DNA from: Rhizodiscina lignyota
Lineage: Eukaryota
Direction: 5' to 3'
DNA: 64,000 bases
NCBI GenBank assembly: GCA_010015805.1
Contig: ML978122.1
Location: forward strand, 2,886,453 to 2,950,452
Positions within the stretch are counted from its first letter, which is position 1. Every line of letters begins with the position of its first letter. The notes beneath the pieces are model-generated. The model was not told the DNA's origin. It worked only from the letters and a program-made list of their open reading frames with translations, and ran no database searches. A program made the position numbers and the translations under genes. This document shows positions 48,547 through 62,309 of the stretch, piece after piece.

Positions 48547-51327
48547 ATGTCGTGGTTGTCCTCGGTGGGCACGGGGACCAAGGTCCTACTGCCCAGAGTC
48601 GTAAGTTCTCCGCCAGCGCAATCCTGACGCCCAATTGACCGTTCCTGAAGGACCAAAACAATGATTCGAATATTGGCTCTGCGCGCTCTTCAAACTCTCT
48701 CTCTACCCTCCTGAGCACGCTTGCTCCTGTCGCCATCTTCGCCGCAGTATGGTTCGCCCTCTTCCTGCTCTTCAGGAGCAAGTTTGCTCGCAACTACAGT
48801 CCGCGTACCTTCCTGGGAAGTCTGCGGGAAACAGAACGCACTCCGAAGATGTCCAGCTCCATCTTCGGCTGGCTGGGCGACTTTTATAATATCCCGGATA
48901 CCTACGTATTGAACCATCACACGCTGGACGGCTATCTCTTCCTGCGCCTGCTCAAAATCAGCGTCGTCTGCTGCCTCGTCGGTTGTCTCATCACGTGGCC
49001 AGTCCTCTTCCCGGTCAATATAACTGGAGGAGGAGGCCATTCACAGCTGGATATGCTTACCTTTGCAAATGTCACGAACAATTACTTCAAGTACTTTGCG
49101 CACGCTGGCTGTGCCATCATCTTCTTCACCTTCATCCTCTGGATGATCACGCGCGAATCCATCTTCTATGTCAACCTCCGTCAGGCCTACCTTTTGTCGC
49201 CTCTTTACGCGAGTCGCCTCTCGTCACGCACTGTCCTTTTCACCTCGGTCCCTCCAGATTTCATGAACAAGGAGAAGCTCCACCGCATGCTCGGACCTTC
49301 AGTGCGCCGCATCTGGTTGGCAACCAACACGAAGGACCTTGACGATCTTGTTGAACGGCGTGACAAGGCCGCAATGAAGCTCGAAGCCGCCGAGACAAAG
49401 CTGATTACTTCTGCAAACGGATCGCGACTGAAGGCAGAGAAAAAGGGTAACCGTTCCTCTTCTACAGACGCAGCCATTGCCGACGGTGGAGAGTCTGGTT
49501 CTCTCGCAGGCCGCTACATCAAGCCAAAGCAACGTCCAACCCATCGCTTGAAGTTCCTCATTGGCCAGAAAGTAGATACGATCGACTGGTGCCGAACAGA
49601 GCTTCAGAAGCTGATCCCGCAAATCGATGGGGAACAGAATAAGCATAAGATTGGCGACGCCACGATGCTAAATTCTGTCTTTGTCCAGTTTGCAACTCTG
49701 TCCGAAGCTCAGGCTGCATATCAAAGCCTCACGCATCACAAGGTCTTGCAAATGGCACCGCGTTTCACTGGCATGACTCCGGGAGACGTCATTTGGTCTA
49801 ACCTCCGCATCCGGTGGTGGGAGCGTGTCATTCGCCAGTTTGCGACACTTGCAGCGGTCGTTGCATTGATTGTTTTCTGGTCTGTTCCTGTAGCCTTCGT
49901 CGGCGCTATCAGCAACGTCAACTATCTTATCAAGGAGATCCCTGCGCTTGGCTTCATCAACGACATCCCACAGGTGAGTTCCTCCGATTAATGCCAACCG
50001 TATCGCATTTGAAACTAATCATATGATAAAGGTTATACTGGGTGTAGTTACTGGACTCTTGCCTTCAATCTTGCTAGCAGTGCTGATGGCCTTGCTGCCG
50101 ATCTTTCTCCGTCTCATGGCCAAGATAGGCGGCGACCCAACGCACAGCGCGGTTGAGCTTACAGTCCAGAACTACTATTTTGCCTTCCAGGTCATCCAGG
50201 TATTCTTGGTTGCAACTCTTGGATCTGCAGCGTCTTCTGTTGTCCAGTCAATCATCGACGATCCGACTTCAGTTACGACACTGCTGGCGAATCATCTCCC
50301 GCTGTCGAGTAATTTCTACCTGTCCTACTTCGTCCTACAAGGCCTAGGTATTGTGTCGGGACTTCTTCTCGGCCTCAGTGGTCTGGTCTTGTTTTACGTC
50401 ATGGGGAAATTCTTCGACAAGACGCCACGGAAAATGTGGAAGCGCTGGATCAACCTCTCCGGGCTCGGCTGGGGCACGGTTTTCCCCATCTACACGAACT
50501 TGTTCGTTATTGCCATCTGCTATGCTGCCATCGCACCTCTGGTCTTGGGCTTTGCTGCTATCGGCTTGTATTTCTTCTATTTCGCGTACCGCTACAACTT
50601 CCTCTTCGTCTCCAACGCCGGTATCGATACGAAAGGACAAGTATATCCACGTGCATTGCAGCAGCTGTTCGTCGGGCTGTATGTCGCAGAGGTCTGCCTG
50701 ATCGGTCTCTTCGCTATTGCAACCGGCACCAGCATTGGAGCCCTCGGTCCTCTCATTCTCATGATCATCATGCTCATCGTCACTATCCTCTATCATATCA
50801 GCCTTAACGCCGCCCTTGGTCCACTTATCAAATATCTGCCAAAGTCTCTGGATGCCGAGGAGCGTAGCTTGCTGGCTGCCGAGATGGGTGTAGATATGGA
50901 GCACGCACAGGATGGGACGAACGGCATGGGCGAGAAGGGTAGTGTGACAGAGCATCAGCAGCCAAAGCACGCTGCTTCAGATCTTGGCCCGGCGCCACAC
51001 AAGAAGCCCAATTTCTTCGTGAAATGGCTACGTCCGGATGTCTACACCGACTACGCGACGATGCGTCGCCTGGTACCAAAGGAGATTGCGATCGAGTACA
51101 CGCCAGTAGTTGAAGAGGATGCCTTCTACAACCCTTCCATCACCAGTCAGGCGCCATTGCTCTGGATCCCGAGAGATCCTATCGGTATCAGCGCGCAGGA
51201 GGTGAGGGATACTGGCAAAGTCATACCGATTACCGATGAAGGTGCGAGTGTTAATGCGAAGAACAAGATCGAGTGGGACAAGGATGGCGGTCCACCTCCA
51301 ATTTATGAGCAGGGCGTCTACTACTAA
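48547..51327 (+). CDS. CSC1/OSCA/TMEM63 (DUF221, RSN1/PHM7-like) calcium-permeable channel
   Basis: YSPRTFLGSL, LDGYLFLRLL, LRQAYLLSP, SSRTVLFTSVP, DVIWSNL, YFAFQVIQVFLV, DTKGQVYPRALQQLFVGLY, PLLWIPRD; introns ~48601-48650 and ~49974-50031. Confidence 0.93.
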
Positions 51328-52464
51328 TTCAAGAATACCCGAGTTCGAGAACTCAATCTGTTTTCTTTGCGTCCTTTTCTAGTTTGTTTTGATAGCTTTT
51401 GACCCGGCACGGCCTGATATGGAAGGCTTGGAACATGCTCATTTGTCTCGATAGCATTGCATACCCAGGCAGAAGGTAGCAATAATGAACGTTTGAATGA
51501 AAGATTCCCTCTTATGTCCCCCAGGTCCTCGGACGATTCGGTCGCCGCGCCTGTGAACTCGAGTCTACACTTCCGTTTGCACTGCGACGATCTCGCTCTT
51601 TGAGCGGTAACGCATCAGTGAACTCGTAATAATGGCCATAAATTTATGCATAATCATCATTTACAGCAAGGAAGGTATTCTATAGCTCTTTCCTCTTTGT
51701 CAAATACGAACGCGGTCACGTGCCTCGAGGCACATAAGGTACCTCCCAACTCGCAGATGTAGCTGGCTTCTTACAATCCACCGCCTGATACTTCATTCAA
51801 CAAGTACCGGTAACCTTGATCGTATCTTTGTATCCTAGCCGAATGAAGATCTCACACAACTCGGAGCTGACAGGCCGCTCAGGCCCAATTGGATCGCAGT
51901 CGCAGTGTTTCCCCCTTCGAGTCACACTTTAGCTCTGACAACCTCTACGACAGCGTCGACTCCAGGAGATGACCCGAAGTACTCTGTAACATCTGTATGA
52001 AAGGAGCCGTAGCCGACAACAGAGGGAACCTTGGCCCCAAAAATTAACTGGCCAATCCGCCCGCCCGTAGTTCAACGTCGAAGCCCTGTGTTCATCGGGC
52101 ACAGAGAGTGCCGTTCGCCGCTGAAGTACCTCTACTTCACTAAGTCGCTCGAATTTTCAATCTTTTACATCTCATCTCATCTCATCTCTGAACATGCTGA
52201 TAAGCTCATTCATCTATTGACTTCCCATTAGAGCGTGTCTGCAGAGTTTTCTACCTCGGAAACGTAATCATGAGGGTTCAATCCTCGCCTGTTGCGGCCG
52301 CCTCGCCATCAGTTCCACATTTCATAGCTGAAGGTTGATGCTTTGATCAGCTGGTTTCGCAATGTCCACATCTTTATATATCTTCTACTTCTGCTCCGCC
52401 GATTTCCCTTCCAACATTCCTCTATCTCCTTTCTACCTTAACGTGGGACGACGACTCAATTGCC

Positions 52465-53867
52465 ATGGATCCCGTCACAAGCTCGTCCAATGACCCCATG
52501 GTCCTCATCAGAACTTTCGAAGATCTTTTCGGCCAATTGAAGTCGTTCAACTCTACTTACGGCCGAGATCCGCGTGGTGTTGACGATGAAACCCGCAAGG
52601 AACTGCTGGAGGCGTGTCGAAAGGCATCAGCTGTTCTAGAGACACCGTTCGAGACGATGCAAAGGGTCAATTATTCTGTGAGTTTCTGGAAACCATTCAA
52701 GTATACATTCTCAGAGAGATGCTCATTCGTACTTTGGCTAGCCATTCACGCTCATTGTTCTCCGAGTTGCGACCGGATATGGCATCCTCAATTTCTTGGA
52801 CGAGGCGAGATTGAGTGGAGTTCCGTGCAAGGTCGTGCATCTTGCAAAAGAAACGGGCATCGAGCATGGAGTTCTTGTCGCTCTCCTCGATCGTCTGTGC
52901 TCTGAATTCATAGTCAGAGAGGTATCACCAGATGAATACATGGGTACTGCGATCTGCAAAGATCTCGCAACGCCAGAGATGATTGATGCATTTGCAACTT
53001 TGTAAGAGCTCAGGTGATTAGTATTCCCCAGACGGAGAGCTGATATTTGCAGTCATGATCTTCTTCTGCCCGTATGGTCTCAACTCTACAAATCCCTCGC
53101 TCCGGGCGAGACAAGAACCGGATGGGAGATTGCTCACAATACCGAGATACAACCTTACCAGTGGTGGGAGTCTCATCCGGAAGATGGTGCCCTCCTACAT
53201 CGATATTTTACCGCTCAATTCAAGGACTTGCCAAGCTGGCTGGACGGCATTGACTTCGCAATTGGGTTCGCCAAGGGTGCCAGTTCGGAAGATGTGCTGC
53301 TTGTCGACGTTGGAGGTGGAAATGGCCAGGAGAGCGAACTTCTGAGAAGCAAGTTCCCGGATTGCCTTGGGAGAGTGATACTCCAAGACTTGCCAGCAGT
53401 GCTGGAAAGAGCACCAGAGCTCAAGAGAATTGAGAAGATGGCTCATGATTATTTCACAGAGCAGCCTGTCCATGGTGAGCTGAAGCCGAGGCAATCCAAA
53501 CGCTCCTTCAACCTAGAACTAATTCCGTTCAGGCGCTCGAGTATACTACTTCCGGCAGATCTTTCACAACAACTCTGATGAGAATTGCATTGCGATACTC
53601 TCCAATCACCGTCCGGCCATGACTTCCCATTCCGTCATTCTGATCGATGAGAAGGTACTTCCGGACGTCACCGATGCCTCGCAACTGTACACCTCCGCCT
53701 TGAGTCTGAACATGTCAATCAATTTCAGAGGCCTAGAGAGAAAGAAGCGTCAGTGGTTGAAGCTCATGGAAGCAGCTGACTTCGAAATACGAGATATGAG
53801 GCGATATACGGCGTTCGGTGACTGCATAATCTCCGTAGTCCCAAGGACAGCTAACACCCAGGCATAA
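52465..53867 (+). CDS. fungal O-methyltransferase (Methyltransf_2, OmtA/OmtB-like), 4 exons
   Basis: LVDVGGGNG, VILQDLP, AHDYFTEQPVHG|ARVYYFRQIFH, ILIDEKVLP; three GT-AG introns restore a continuous frame. Confidence 0.9.
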
Positions 53868-54075
53868 ACTATTCTGCTACCCCACCACCGTGTCACAAAT
53901 TTCCTTGTTTATGGTCCGCGATTGTTTTGCCCGCTCAACCGCACAACCAGGCAGCCACACAACGCTAAAACGCGTTAGCGCCATCAACGAACACCTGCCA
54001 CTGGTATATATACAACCTTTCTTCTCATTCAAACCTTCACCTTTTCACTGCACTTTCTATTTGTGTTCTCCAACC

Positions 54076-54749
54076 ATGGACGCCAACACGATGGACACCA
54101 GAGTTAGCACCATCGCTGACATCGTCCATGAGATCCTACACGGCTCTGCCAATCGTTCAGCTCTCCCCCATCATGTCCACAGTGCGAGCCTCGATACACA
54201 AAACACTCAGCCAAAAACACCCGAGCTCACTCGCCCTCTGTCTCTGTCGTCCGTGCCACGCCTATCAGCAACGCCACCAAGTCCTCTCCCAGGTCTGGGA
54301 GCAACCCCGCGTCGCCTCCATGTGACGAACCCAGATCCTCCATCGAGCGGCAATAATGCCGACGATTTCTGGAAGGCCCCGCCCGGAATCGGTATGACAC
54401 TTTCTCTTTTACACCATGAAAAATTTGATGCAAACATACAGGAAAGAACACCACCAGCAGCACCCCTACCACCGCTACCACCGCTAACAGCCCTGCTCCA
54501 AGCCCGGCGATGTCGAGAGAGATTCTGGAGGTTCGACGCCTGCGCGATGAGATGGAAGCCGCGGCGGAGCACGCGAGATCGGAGAGGCTGGCGGCGGTCG
54601 AGTTCCGGCTTCGGTGCCTGGAAAGCGAGAAGGATGACCTGGAGAGGAGGCTGGGCGACGTGAAGCATGAGATCGCCAAGGCGGAGTTGGAGAGGTCGGC
54701 GGTGGGTGGTGGAAGGATGGGTGGACGGCCGCGTTTGCGGTTCATGTAA
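54076..54749 (+). CDS. hypothetical protein, disordered N-terminus and C-terminal coiled coil
   Basis: TATA ~54005, ATG 54076; intron GTATGA...CAG (~54392-54441) joins to the frame of ORF 54510-54749 (RLRDEME...LESEKDDLERRL). Confidence 0.6.
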
Positions 54750-56037
54750 CTACTCTGGGAGATGCGATTGGCGGTGATTGCTGGATGGGAGCACGCGCTC
54801 CAAATAGCTTTAAATGAACATGATGGTGTCGGCTCTCTCGTGTCTACTTGGTGTGCTTGTTCTGCACGTTATTGCCATTGCCTCGTCTCGCTTTGCAGCC
54901 AATTGACAGTCTCGACCGTGTCGAGTAAGTCAACGTGGAGGTATGACAGATACGCATATTCAGAGCATAGTCACCACAAGAAAGAGGAAATTTAAACCCT
55001 ACTGAAACCGTACAATCTAGGTAAACACTGGCTAATATCTTACACCTAACTTTCAGTGATGCTCTCAAACAGAAGAGCGAAACTTATATGTGCCGTGTCA
55101 TTCCAAGATATATGCTCGCTTGGCCTAAAGTGTAAGAGCTACTCGCTTTTATGTTACAGGTTATTGGGCAGCAAATGTAATCTTATCCCCCTTATTACAA
55201 AGAACTTATACGCTAGGCTTTCGCGAACAGTCTCGCCTACCTTTTAGTGCATGTGCTACTCGCTATTTATTGTTTCATGCTTGCCTTGTGACTAAGTTGT
55301 TTACACTCCGAAGAGTTAAATCCGACTTTCGGCGATTGGCATTGAATAGCGAGAGCTACCCTCAGATGTTCCAGCTTGCCTGACAGCCAAGATATATTCG
55401 CTCCAGAGAATGCGGACCTGAACTTTCAACGATACTCTCACTGGTCCTGAAGGTAGTAGCTGCCCGTCCTTGCGTATACTCGATCTTAGTGCGCAAGCTA
55501 GAAGCCAAGCACCAACGTATAATCGCATTGAAGTTTAACCTCCGTGTGCAAGCTGTAAGCTGAGTGAGCACTTCTAACCAAGGCGATGCTCAATCTATGT
55601 TATAGACTGGCCTCTGCCTTCTTAGGCATGGCATCCCAATGGGATCCTTGCACGCGCGCCAAATCACAAGTGTTAGATCCACGCTAGCTGCATGAACCAC
55701 CAAAAAGGCAACAATGTCTGAACATCTAATGTTTAGACGTAAGAGGCGTATATATACGACCCTGACAACAAGCCTTAAAATCAAACTCTCCCACTTGTAC
55801 AACTCTTTCAAACACCAAAACTCTCCACACATTTTAGCAAACATTGCAGCTGTCATGGCCGCTCCAAATGTAACCATGACCAGTAAGTTGATGCGCTTGA
55901 CTTTACACGCTATCCCAATGAGATCCTACCTTATAGAATCCAGCTTTCAGCAATGCTCTCATTTGAATCGAAGAGCATAAGCTAACTAGCATTAGGCGTT
56001 ACAGCTTATCCGGTGACCCTGTGATATATGCTCTTGA

Positions 56038-56256
56038 GAACGTAGAATTGAGCTTGCGGAGATAGTCTCGTAAACGTTGAAGAGCAAGAGCTTACCGCAC
56101 CTCAGTGTTCCGGTTTCCCCGGCAACCGTAACGTATAGTCTCTATGCCTAATACAGTTCAAGTTTTCCTGATAGTTTTGCTATCAGCGTATACACTCCAA
56201 CGAACGTAGAATTGAACTTCCAGAGGCGATTTCGCTTGCCTCGAAGAGCAAGAGCT
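56038..56256 (+). repeat. two degenerate 55-bp direct repeats, 164 bp apart
   Basis: 56038-56092 vs 56202-56256: 41/55 identical, with perfect 14-nt ends (GAACGTAGAATTGA...GAAGAGCAAGAGCT). Confidence 0.7.
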
Positions 56257-56788
56257 GCTCACCGTTACGCGTTACAGCATAGCTTACCCGACAGGAGTGC
56301 AACATAAACACTGGTTCCTACGTGTTACATAAACATCGATATGAATATTCGTAGAGTCCACTCATACGCCGTGCGCGGAGTTGGGCAAATATCACCGCTT
56401 CCAAGGGCTAATTACTTGCATTTCACTCCATAGCGGCAAGCATTCCATCACCCAACAGTTTTTTCGGTTTTTTTTTTTTCGCAGCGTTACACAATCATCG
56501 CTTCAATTCTCCTGTGGGGGTGTATTATTAACGAGTCACGTTGTCTGTTGGCCCCTTCAGGTTCCTTCCGCACCAGGCGGCCGCAGTCTGCTGCGCAATC
56601 CACACCGAACTATAGAGCAGCCTTTCGGCTCTCTCATCATTTCTTCTGCTCTCTCCTCAACTAAATTGACCATAACGATAGCCTTGCAGTGTTTCGCTTT
56701 GTAAGCGGTAGTTTATATTTGTCGCCCCGCCTCTTGTGCTACCTCCAAGGAAGGTGAACTTGAACGTACCGTACTTCAGATTCGCAGC

Positions 56789-58494
56789 ATGGATCAGCCG
56801 ATGCAGAACAGCTCTGTCCCGTACAATCCCTTGGATATGGTCAATTCGAACAACCTATACGAGTTGATTGCTGTTGTCTTGTTTACTTGGCTACTCTACG
56901 CCGTAATATTTGCGCCAAAGAAACACAATCTCTTCCCTGTCTGGGCAACAATTGAAGTCGCGCTCACAAGTTTAATCATCAGCAGCGGCGGCTTCGCTCG
57001 TCGCATCCTGTGAGTGGGCCTGTTTAAAGTGATTTATGCTAACCAAGCTACTGAAATTGATATCACTATAGCTTGTCTATACGACGATATGGAGGCTCAC
57101 TTGTCGGCCTTACCTCGAAACATCAAGTCCTCGTCAACTTCCCAGGCGCAGAACGTCTCATGTCACAGTCGTATCACAGTATCAGTGCCGGACCAGTCCA
57201 CTACACCCTCTTCACTCGTGTTTTTGGAGCCAATGATTCCCCTGCGTTGAAGAAGAAGTTAGAAGAGTCTTACAAAAGTCTTCTCGCGCCAGTCGAGCGA
57301 ACATATCTCAACGAAGCCGCAGCAGGAGCAGTCATAGAGAAAGCTGATGTTCCCAAGATGGCAGCCTCGTTTGTCACCTTTTCTTCCAATCGGAAGAGCA
57401 TGATGCGGTGGGAACTTTCTGCAGCCATCCGGGTCATCACGCCCGACACGCCAGATAAGCCAGGCGTAGTCGAGGCCAACCTTCAGAGCTTGGTGCGAGA
57501 CTTTGGGTTTTGCATTTCTACTCCTCTTCTTTACGGACAGGACTTTATGGATCGCTATCCACAACTTCTCGACGACTTTTGGCGATTCGACAATGATCTC
57601 TTCCCGCTCCTAATGATCGGGCTTCCGAAATGGGCTCCCTTGAAGATTATGAAAGATGGATTGGCAGCGCGAGCACGTCTACTTGACCAAATGGAGGCTC
57701 TGTATCGACGTATTGACCAGTATCAACGAGGAGATTCTGCGGACTTTGGTGCAGATATGTCAGATATCAGCAACACTGCCCTTGAACGAAATAAAGTCTA
57801 CGAGCGCGAGAATTGGTCAATCAAAGACCGTGGAGTGGGTGACCTGACGCTTCTTTGGGGCCTAAATGCCAACACCCATCCGGTGCTCTTTTGGCTCCTT
57901 GCTTACACCTATTCCACACCTGGGCTCTTGGAAAGACTCCGTGAGGAAACCGCACCACATATCAAACTGTCGCAGGCACATCCTCCGGAGATCAAGTCGA
58001 TGGATATCGCTACTCTGTGCCGCGATTGCCCACTCCTGAAGGCATGCCTTTTCGAAACTTATCGTATGAGCGTCGAAGCAACTTCGATCAGATATATCAC
58101 AGAACCTATCAGCATCGAAGACGGCGGGTGCAAGCGCGAACTGAAGTCCGGAATGTTCATATCCGTACCACATTCGATCATTCAGCGAGATTCATCCGTA
58201 TACGCCGACCCAGATACATTCGTTCCCGAGCGCTTTCTTGAGGCTGATCCAGAGACTGGTAAACCGGCCGTTCGCTATGGAAAACTCAAGCCCTGGGGAA
58301 TGGGGACTGCTATGTGCAAGGGACGAAAATTTGCAGAGAAAGAGATTGTGTCTGCAGGTGCGGCGATACTTAGTCTTTGGGATATTGACCCGGCAAGTGG
58401 GACGTGGAAGTTGCCTGCAATGGCACCTGGCACTGGGGTGAAGAAGCCTGTTGAGGATATTCGCGTTGTTATCAAGCGAAGGGTTTCATCATAA
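56789..58494 (+). CDS. cytochrome P450, CYP7/prostacyclin-synthase-like clan
   Basis: N-terminal TM; intron ~57010-57071; I-helix WGLNANT, K-helix ETYR, FVPERF, heme motif PWGMGTAMCKGR. Confidence 0.92.
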
Positions 58495-60180
58495 TCTTTC
58501 TGTACGGGTTAGCAGGCGCAACGAGGTCCAAAAGCAAAGGACTCCGAGCGGACTTGGTTTGCTCTTGGCGATGCAGTCACTGAGACATGTAATGAAAAGT
58601 TGTTTGAGGCTCATGCTTTCAGTTAGGTACCTCGAAGTCCTTTAGCAATTATAGCTCGTACGCTTCTCGATTGTCGCGAAGCCAGCGAAGATGGTCCACA
58701 TAGCCAAGGCCCTTGTCGTTTCATGTTTCTGCCGAGCACCTTGACGTTGTCTGACTTGCAGTCTGCGCGCGGCAACAAGGCACCTTTCTATGCCCTTACC
58801 AGCTAGATCGACTGCTCTTCCTGATTCTTATTAGCTTCACAGGAGATATCGCTGCCTGGAGGTGCCATGGAACTGTTGACCGCTGCTTCGATCAACGCAG
58901 TGTGACAGCGGGTCATGGACCTGAGAAATGACCGGGGATGCTTGTTTGGAAACACATCTTGTTTCTTGATACGGAGATATCTTCTCGGCCCAGATTTGCA
59001 TCTTGGCTAACGCTAGGAGAATGTGATTCTCTCATACTGTATTCGTGGACTCCATCGACATAGTTGAAGCGGTGAAATGGAGGCTTATCACTGATCAGCG
59101 CGGCCTCATCTTATCAGCTTAAAGGGGCAAGCGGAGAGGTCCAGGACACGCATTGCGCTCATTTCGACGCTTTACTATCCCATTTCCGGAGGCCCATTGA
59201 TCGAAGCAAGCAATGCTTCGAGCGAGCCTATCCCATTCGAGGATGCCACAAGCCACGCGGGACCTTGTCCGAATGTGAAGCATCCGGTTTCTTGTGCCGT
59301 CCCCACCGAATGGCCTTTGAAGCTTTGTGCCTGACCTCGGCCGACACCCCCGACGGTAATGGTGTCGCGCTACTGGTCGACAAAGGGGATGAAACAATCT
59401 GTCCCTCGGCTTGGCGTGACTTCATACCCAGACAACCTCACCACGTCAAACCAAAACGTGCGCATTCCATTCCAGCTCGCGTCGCTCTGCCCTTCCCGCT
59501 CGCTGGGAGACGCTGGCCGCCGGCTGCCAACTATCGTCTCTCGACCTTCTTTCCTGAGGCAAAGAACAGCACACCTTCGGGCGCGCGGATAGGTCCAGCT
59601 CAGCCTTTCCCGTCATCTTGCATCTCAAGCACCATCTCATAGACTCATATCGCTCCAGCTCATCAAGCGCCGGCCGTCATAGCGCCCACGTTGTGCTCGT
59701 GCGCGCTTCTGGATCTCCCATTTCGTGACGAAACGGCCATCGCATGAAACAATCTCTCCTACCTCCACGCCCGCTTCCCTGAGGGCTCGGCTTGCGCTCG
59801 CCTCGTGCAGGAACCATGCTTTTCGCTCGTGCTCTTCAGCATGTGCTCTCGGCGTCCATACAGGGCCTGACAGGGCCCTACGCCGCAGGAGTAGCAGGAA
59901 GTGGCAGTGGTGAGTACATAGATACCTTGTACACGCCTGATTTGCGACAACTCTTCGTTTGTTTCCTGTATTTTCTGTTTGGTCGTCTCATACGCCTACG
60001 AGAAGCTTGCTTCTCACCCAATAATTTGAGTTCCGTCCTCGTCACTGACTTCTTAATTCTCGTTGCGTCCCCACCATTCTATGCACATCACCCTCTGTAT
60101 TGCTGCACGTCTTTCTCATATTGGATACCAAATATTATAATATTGGATCTTAATTCAAGATGGATTTTACATCTAAACAC

Positions 60181-61446
60181 ATGTCGTGTTACCACTTCCT
60201 TACGTCCTTATTGTTAGTATCAATACCGCAAATACCTTTCGTCCAGTCGTCGACCCACATAGAGAACGCTCGCAGCGCGACCGTCACTCTACAAGAGACA
60301 TGGTACAACGGCAATACCGGTCTCTATAACACCACGGGTTGGTGGAATGCTGCAAATGCGCTCACAACCCTTGCCGACATGACTGCCGTCGACCCGGAAG
60401 TGCTGGACCGCACCACAAATGGCATTTTGAAGAACTCCTTCAATCGAGCCCAACAAAACAATCTCGGCGTACTGAAATTAAACGCCACCTACCAATGCGA
60501 CGGCATTTCTGATCTCTGCCCAAAGGACCCAACAACGGTGTATTCCAGCAAAGGATGGCTAAATGGCTACTATGACGACGAGTCGTGGTGGGCGCTTGCA
60601 TGGATCACTTCCTGGGATCTCACCAAGGATGACGACTACCTCGAAGCTGCCACCGACATCTTTGAGGACTTGGTCAGCACCGGTCTCAATGCTACATGCG
60701 GAGGCATCTGGTGGGACAAAGCGCACACCCAGGTCAACGCGATCGCAAATGCCCTCTTCATATCCGTCGCCGCGCAGCTTGCGAACCGCGCTTCAAATAA
60801 AGACTACTATCTCGCCTTTGCAAAGAAGCAGTGGAATTGGTTCATGGAGTCTGGCTTGATCAACAGCGCCGGTAACATCAATGACGGTCTCGATCTCGAC
60901 ACATGCAAGAACAATGGAGACACCGTCTGGACGTAAGTCTATCGCGCACCTTTCAAACCACACATTTGGCTAACATTCCATAGCTATAACCAAGGCGTTA
61001 TCCTCGGTGCCGCTGTTGAGCTCGACAAGGCCGACCCTGGTACCGGTATCTACATCCCCAAGGCGCAAGCCATCGCTGACGCCGCACTGGCCAACACTCA
61101 ACTGGTCGACAGCAACGGCATTCTACACGACGTCAACGAACCGAACCTTGGCTCTTCGGGCGTCAACTTCAAGGGCATCTTCATACGCAACCTCGGCATC
61201 CTGAACCAGCAGGTGCACAGCGACAAATACGTCACCTTCATCCAGAAGCAAGCGGACGCGATCTGGACCAAGGCCCGCGGAGTCGGCGATGAGCTGGGGC
61301 CGGTGTGGAGCGGCCCTGTGTACGCCGATCTGACGAATGCGGGGACGCACAGCAGCGCGATGGATGCGCTTGTTGCGGCGTCGAATCTGCAAGAAGGTGT
61401 CGGTGGCTACATTGGCGCGTTTAAGAGACACTTGAGAGAGTATTGA
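60181..61446 (+). CDS. secreted glycoside hydrolase family 76 (alpha-1,6-mannanase-like)
   Basis: Signal-peptide-like N-terminus, GWWNAANA, catalytic YYDDESWWALAW, CGGIWW, NAIANALF, WT|YNQGVILG, FKGIFIRNL. Confidence 0.92.
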
Positions 61447-61893
61447 GAGGATATCTTCTAATACCCATGGGCTGTCAATATGGGAGGATAGAGGTACATA
61501 TACTGTTTCTCATGCCATGAGAAGGAGTCGGCGTTTGGGAAATGATACCACTGGTTAATGTTTGGGTAATCCTTCGGTTACGACTTGATGACTCTAGAGA
61601 GGAGGGAGACAAGAGAAGGATCAATCAGTAACTTAACTAATAAGTTGTATCTATGATCAGTAGAATGTTGAATAGTGAAGCTCTTTTTTGCGATACTCCA
61701 CCTTTCCATGATGGACATATTTTGATCGGGACTCCGCTGTCTTCAATGCTTACCATGCGGCTTTTTGCTGTTTTTTTCGGTATGTATGGAGTACAGCTAC
61801 ATGACAATTCAACATCAAAAATTGTGTAGTCCATCCCAATTTCGATGAAGCTATAAGCCCTTCTGTTCTCTTGCTTTTCATTCTTAGTGATGA

Positions 61894-62214
61894 ACGTGGA
61901 CACAGGATCTCAGCTTCATCACATACCACAATCGCAGCGAGTTCATTGCCGGGCAAACCGCGGACACAGTTGGGTCGACCAACACATTCACGGTGTTGGA
62001 GACCTTCCACAACTGCGACAACGTCGTGTTCCGACGGAGCTTGAACCTGATACCAGTGCCTGTAGTCGCCATCGACTACCTGATCCTGGAATTCACCCAT
62101 CACGGAGGTGTCGATCGCTGGCGTGTGAAGGAAAGCTTCTCGGAGTTTAATACCGCGACTACTCTGTTCGACGCCGGTTTCCCTGAATGCAATCAGTCTT
62201 CTAGCTCAAGCTGA
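61894..62214 (+). pseudogene. 3' remnant of a fungal NTF2-like protein gene
   Basis: TYHNRSEFIAGQ..FTVLETFHNCDNVVFR..PVVAIDYL..WRVKESFSEFNT; three in-frame stops immediately upstream and no start. Confidence 0.45.
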
Positions 62215-62309
62215 TTTGGTAGGAATCAGTACAGTTGGAAAGACCTTCAGGAAGCGGCGGAGAATGGTAATAAAGAGACATGGACAAGATGTGTATCATG
62301 TATTGCGGC

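Noticed and set aside
52168..52188. (CATCT)4 microsatellite; likewise the GTACAGRT repeat at ~14254-14282 and the poly-T tract at ~32801-32836
   Set aside because: Ordinary simple repeats with no evidence of function.
52465..58494. O-methyltransferase and P450 as a biosynthetic cluster
   Set aside because: Separated by an unrelated gene and ~2 kb of non-coding DNA; no backbone enzyme in the window.
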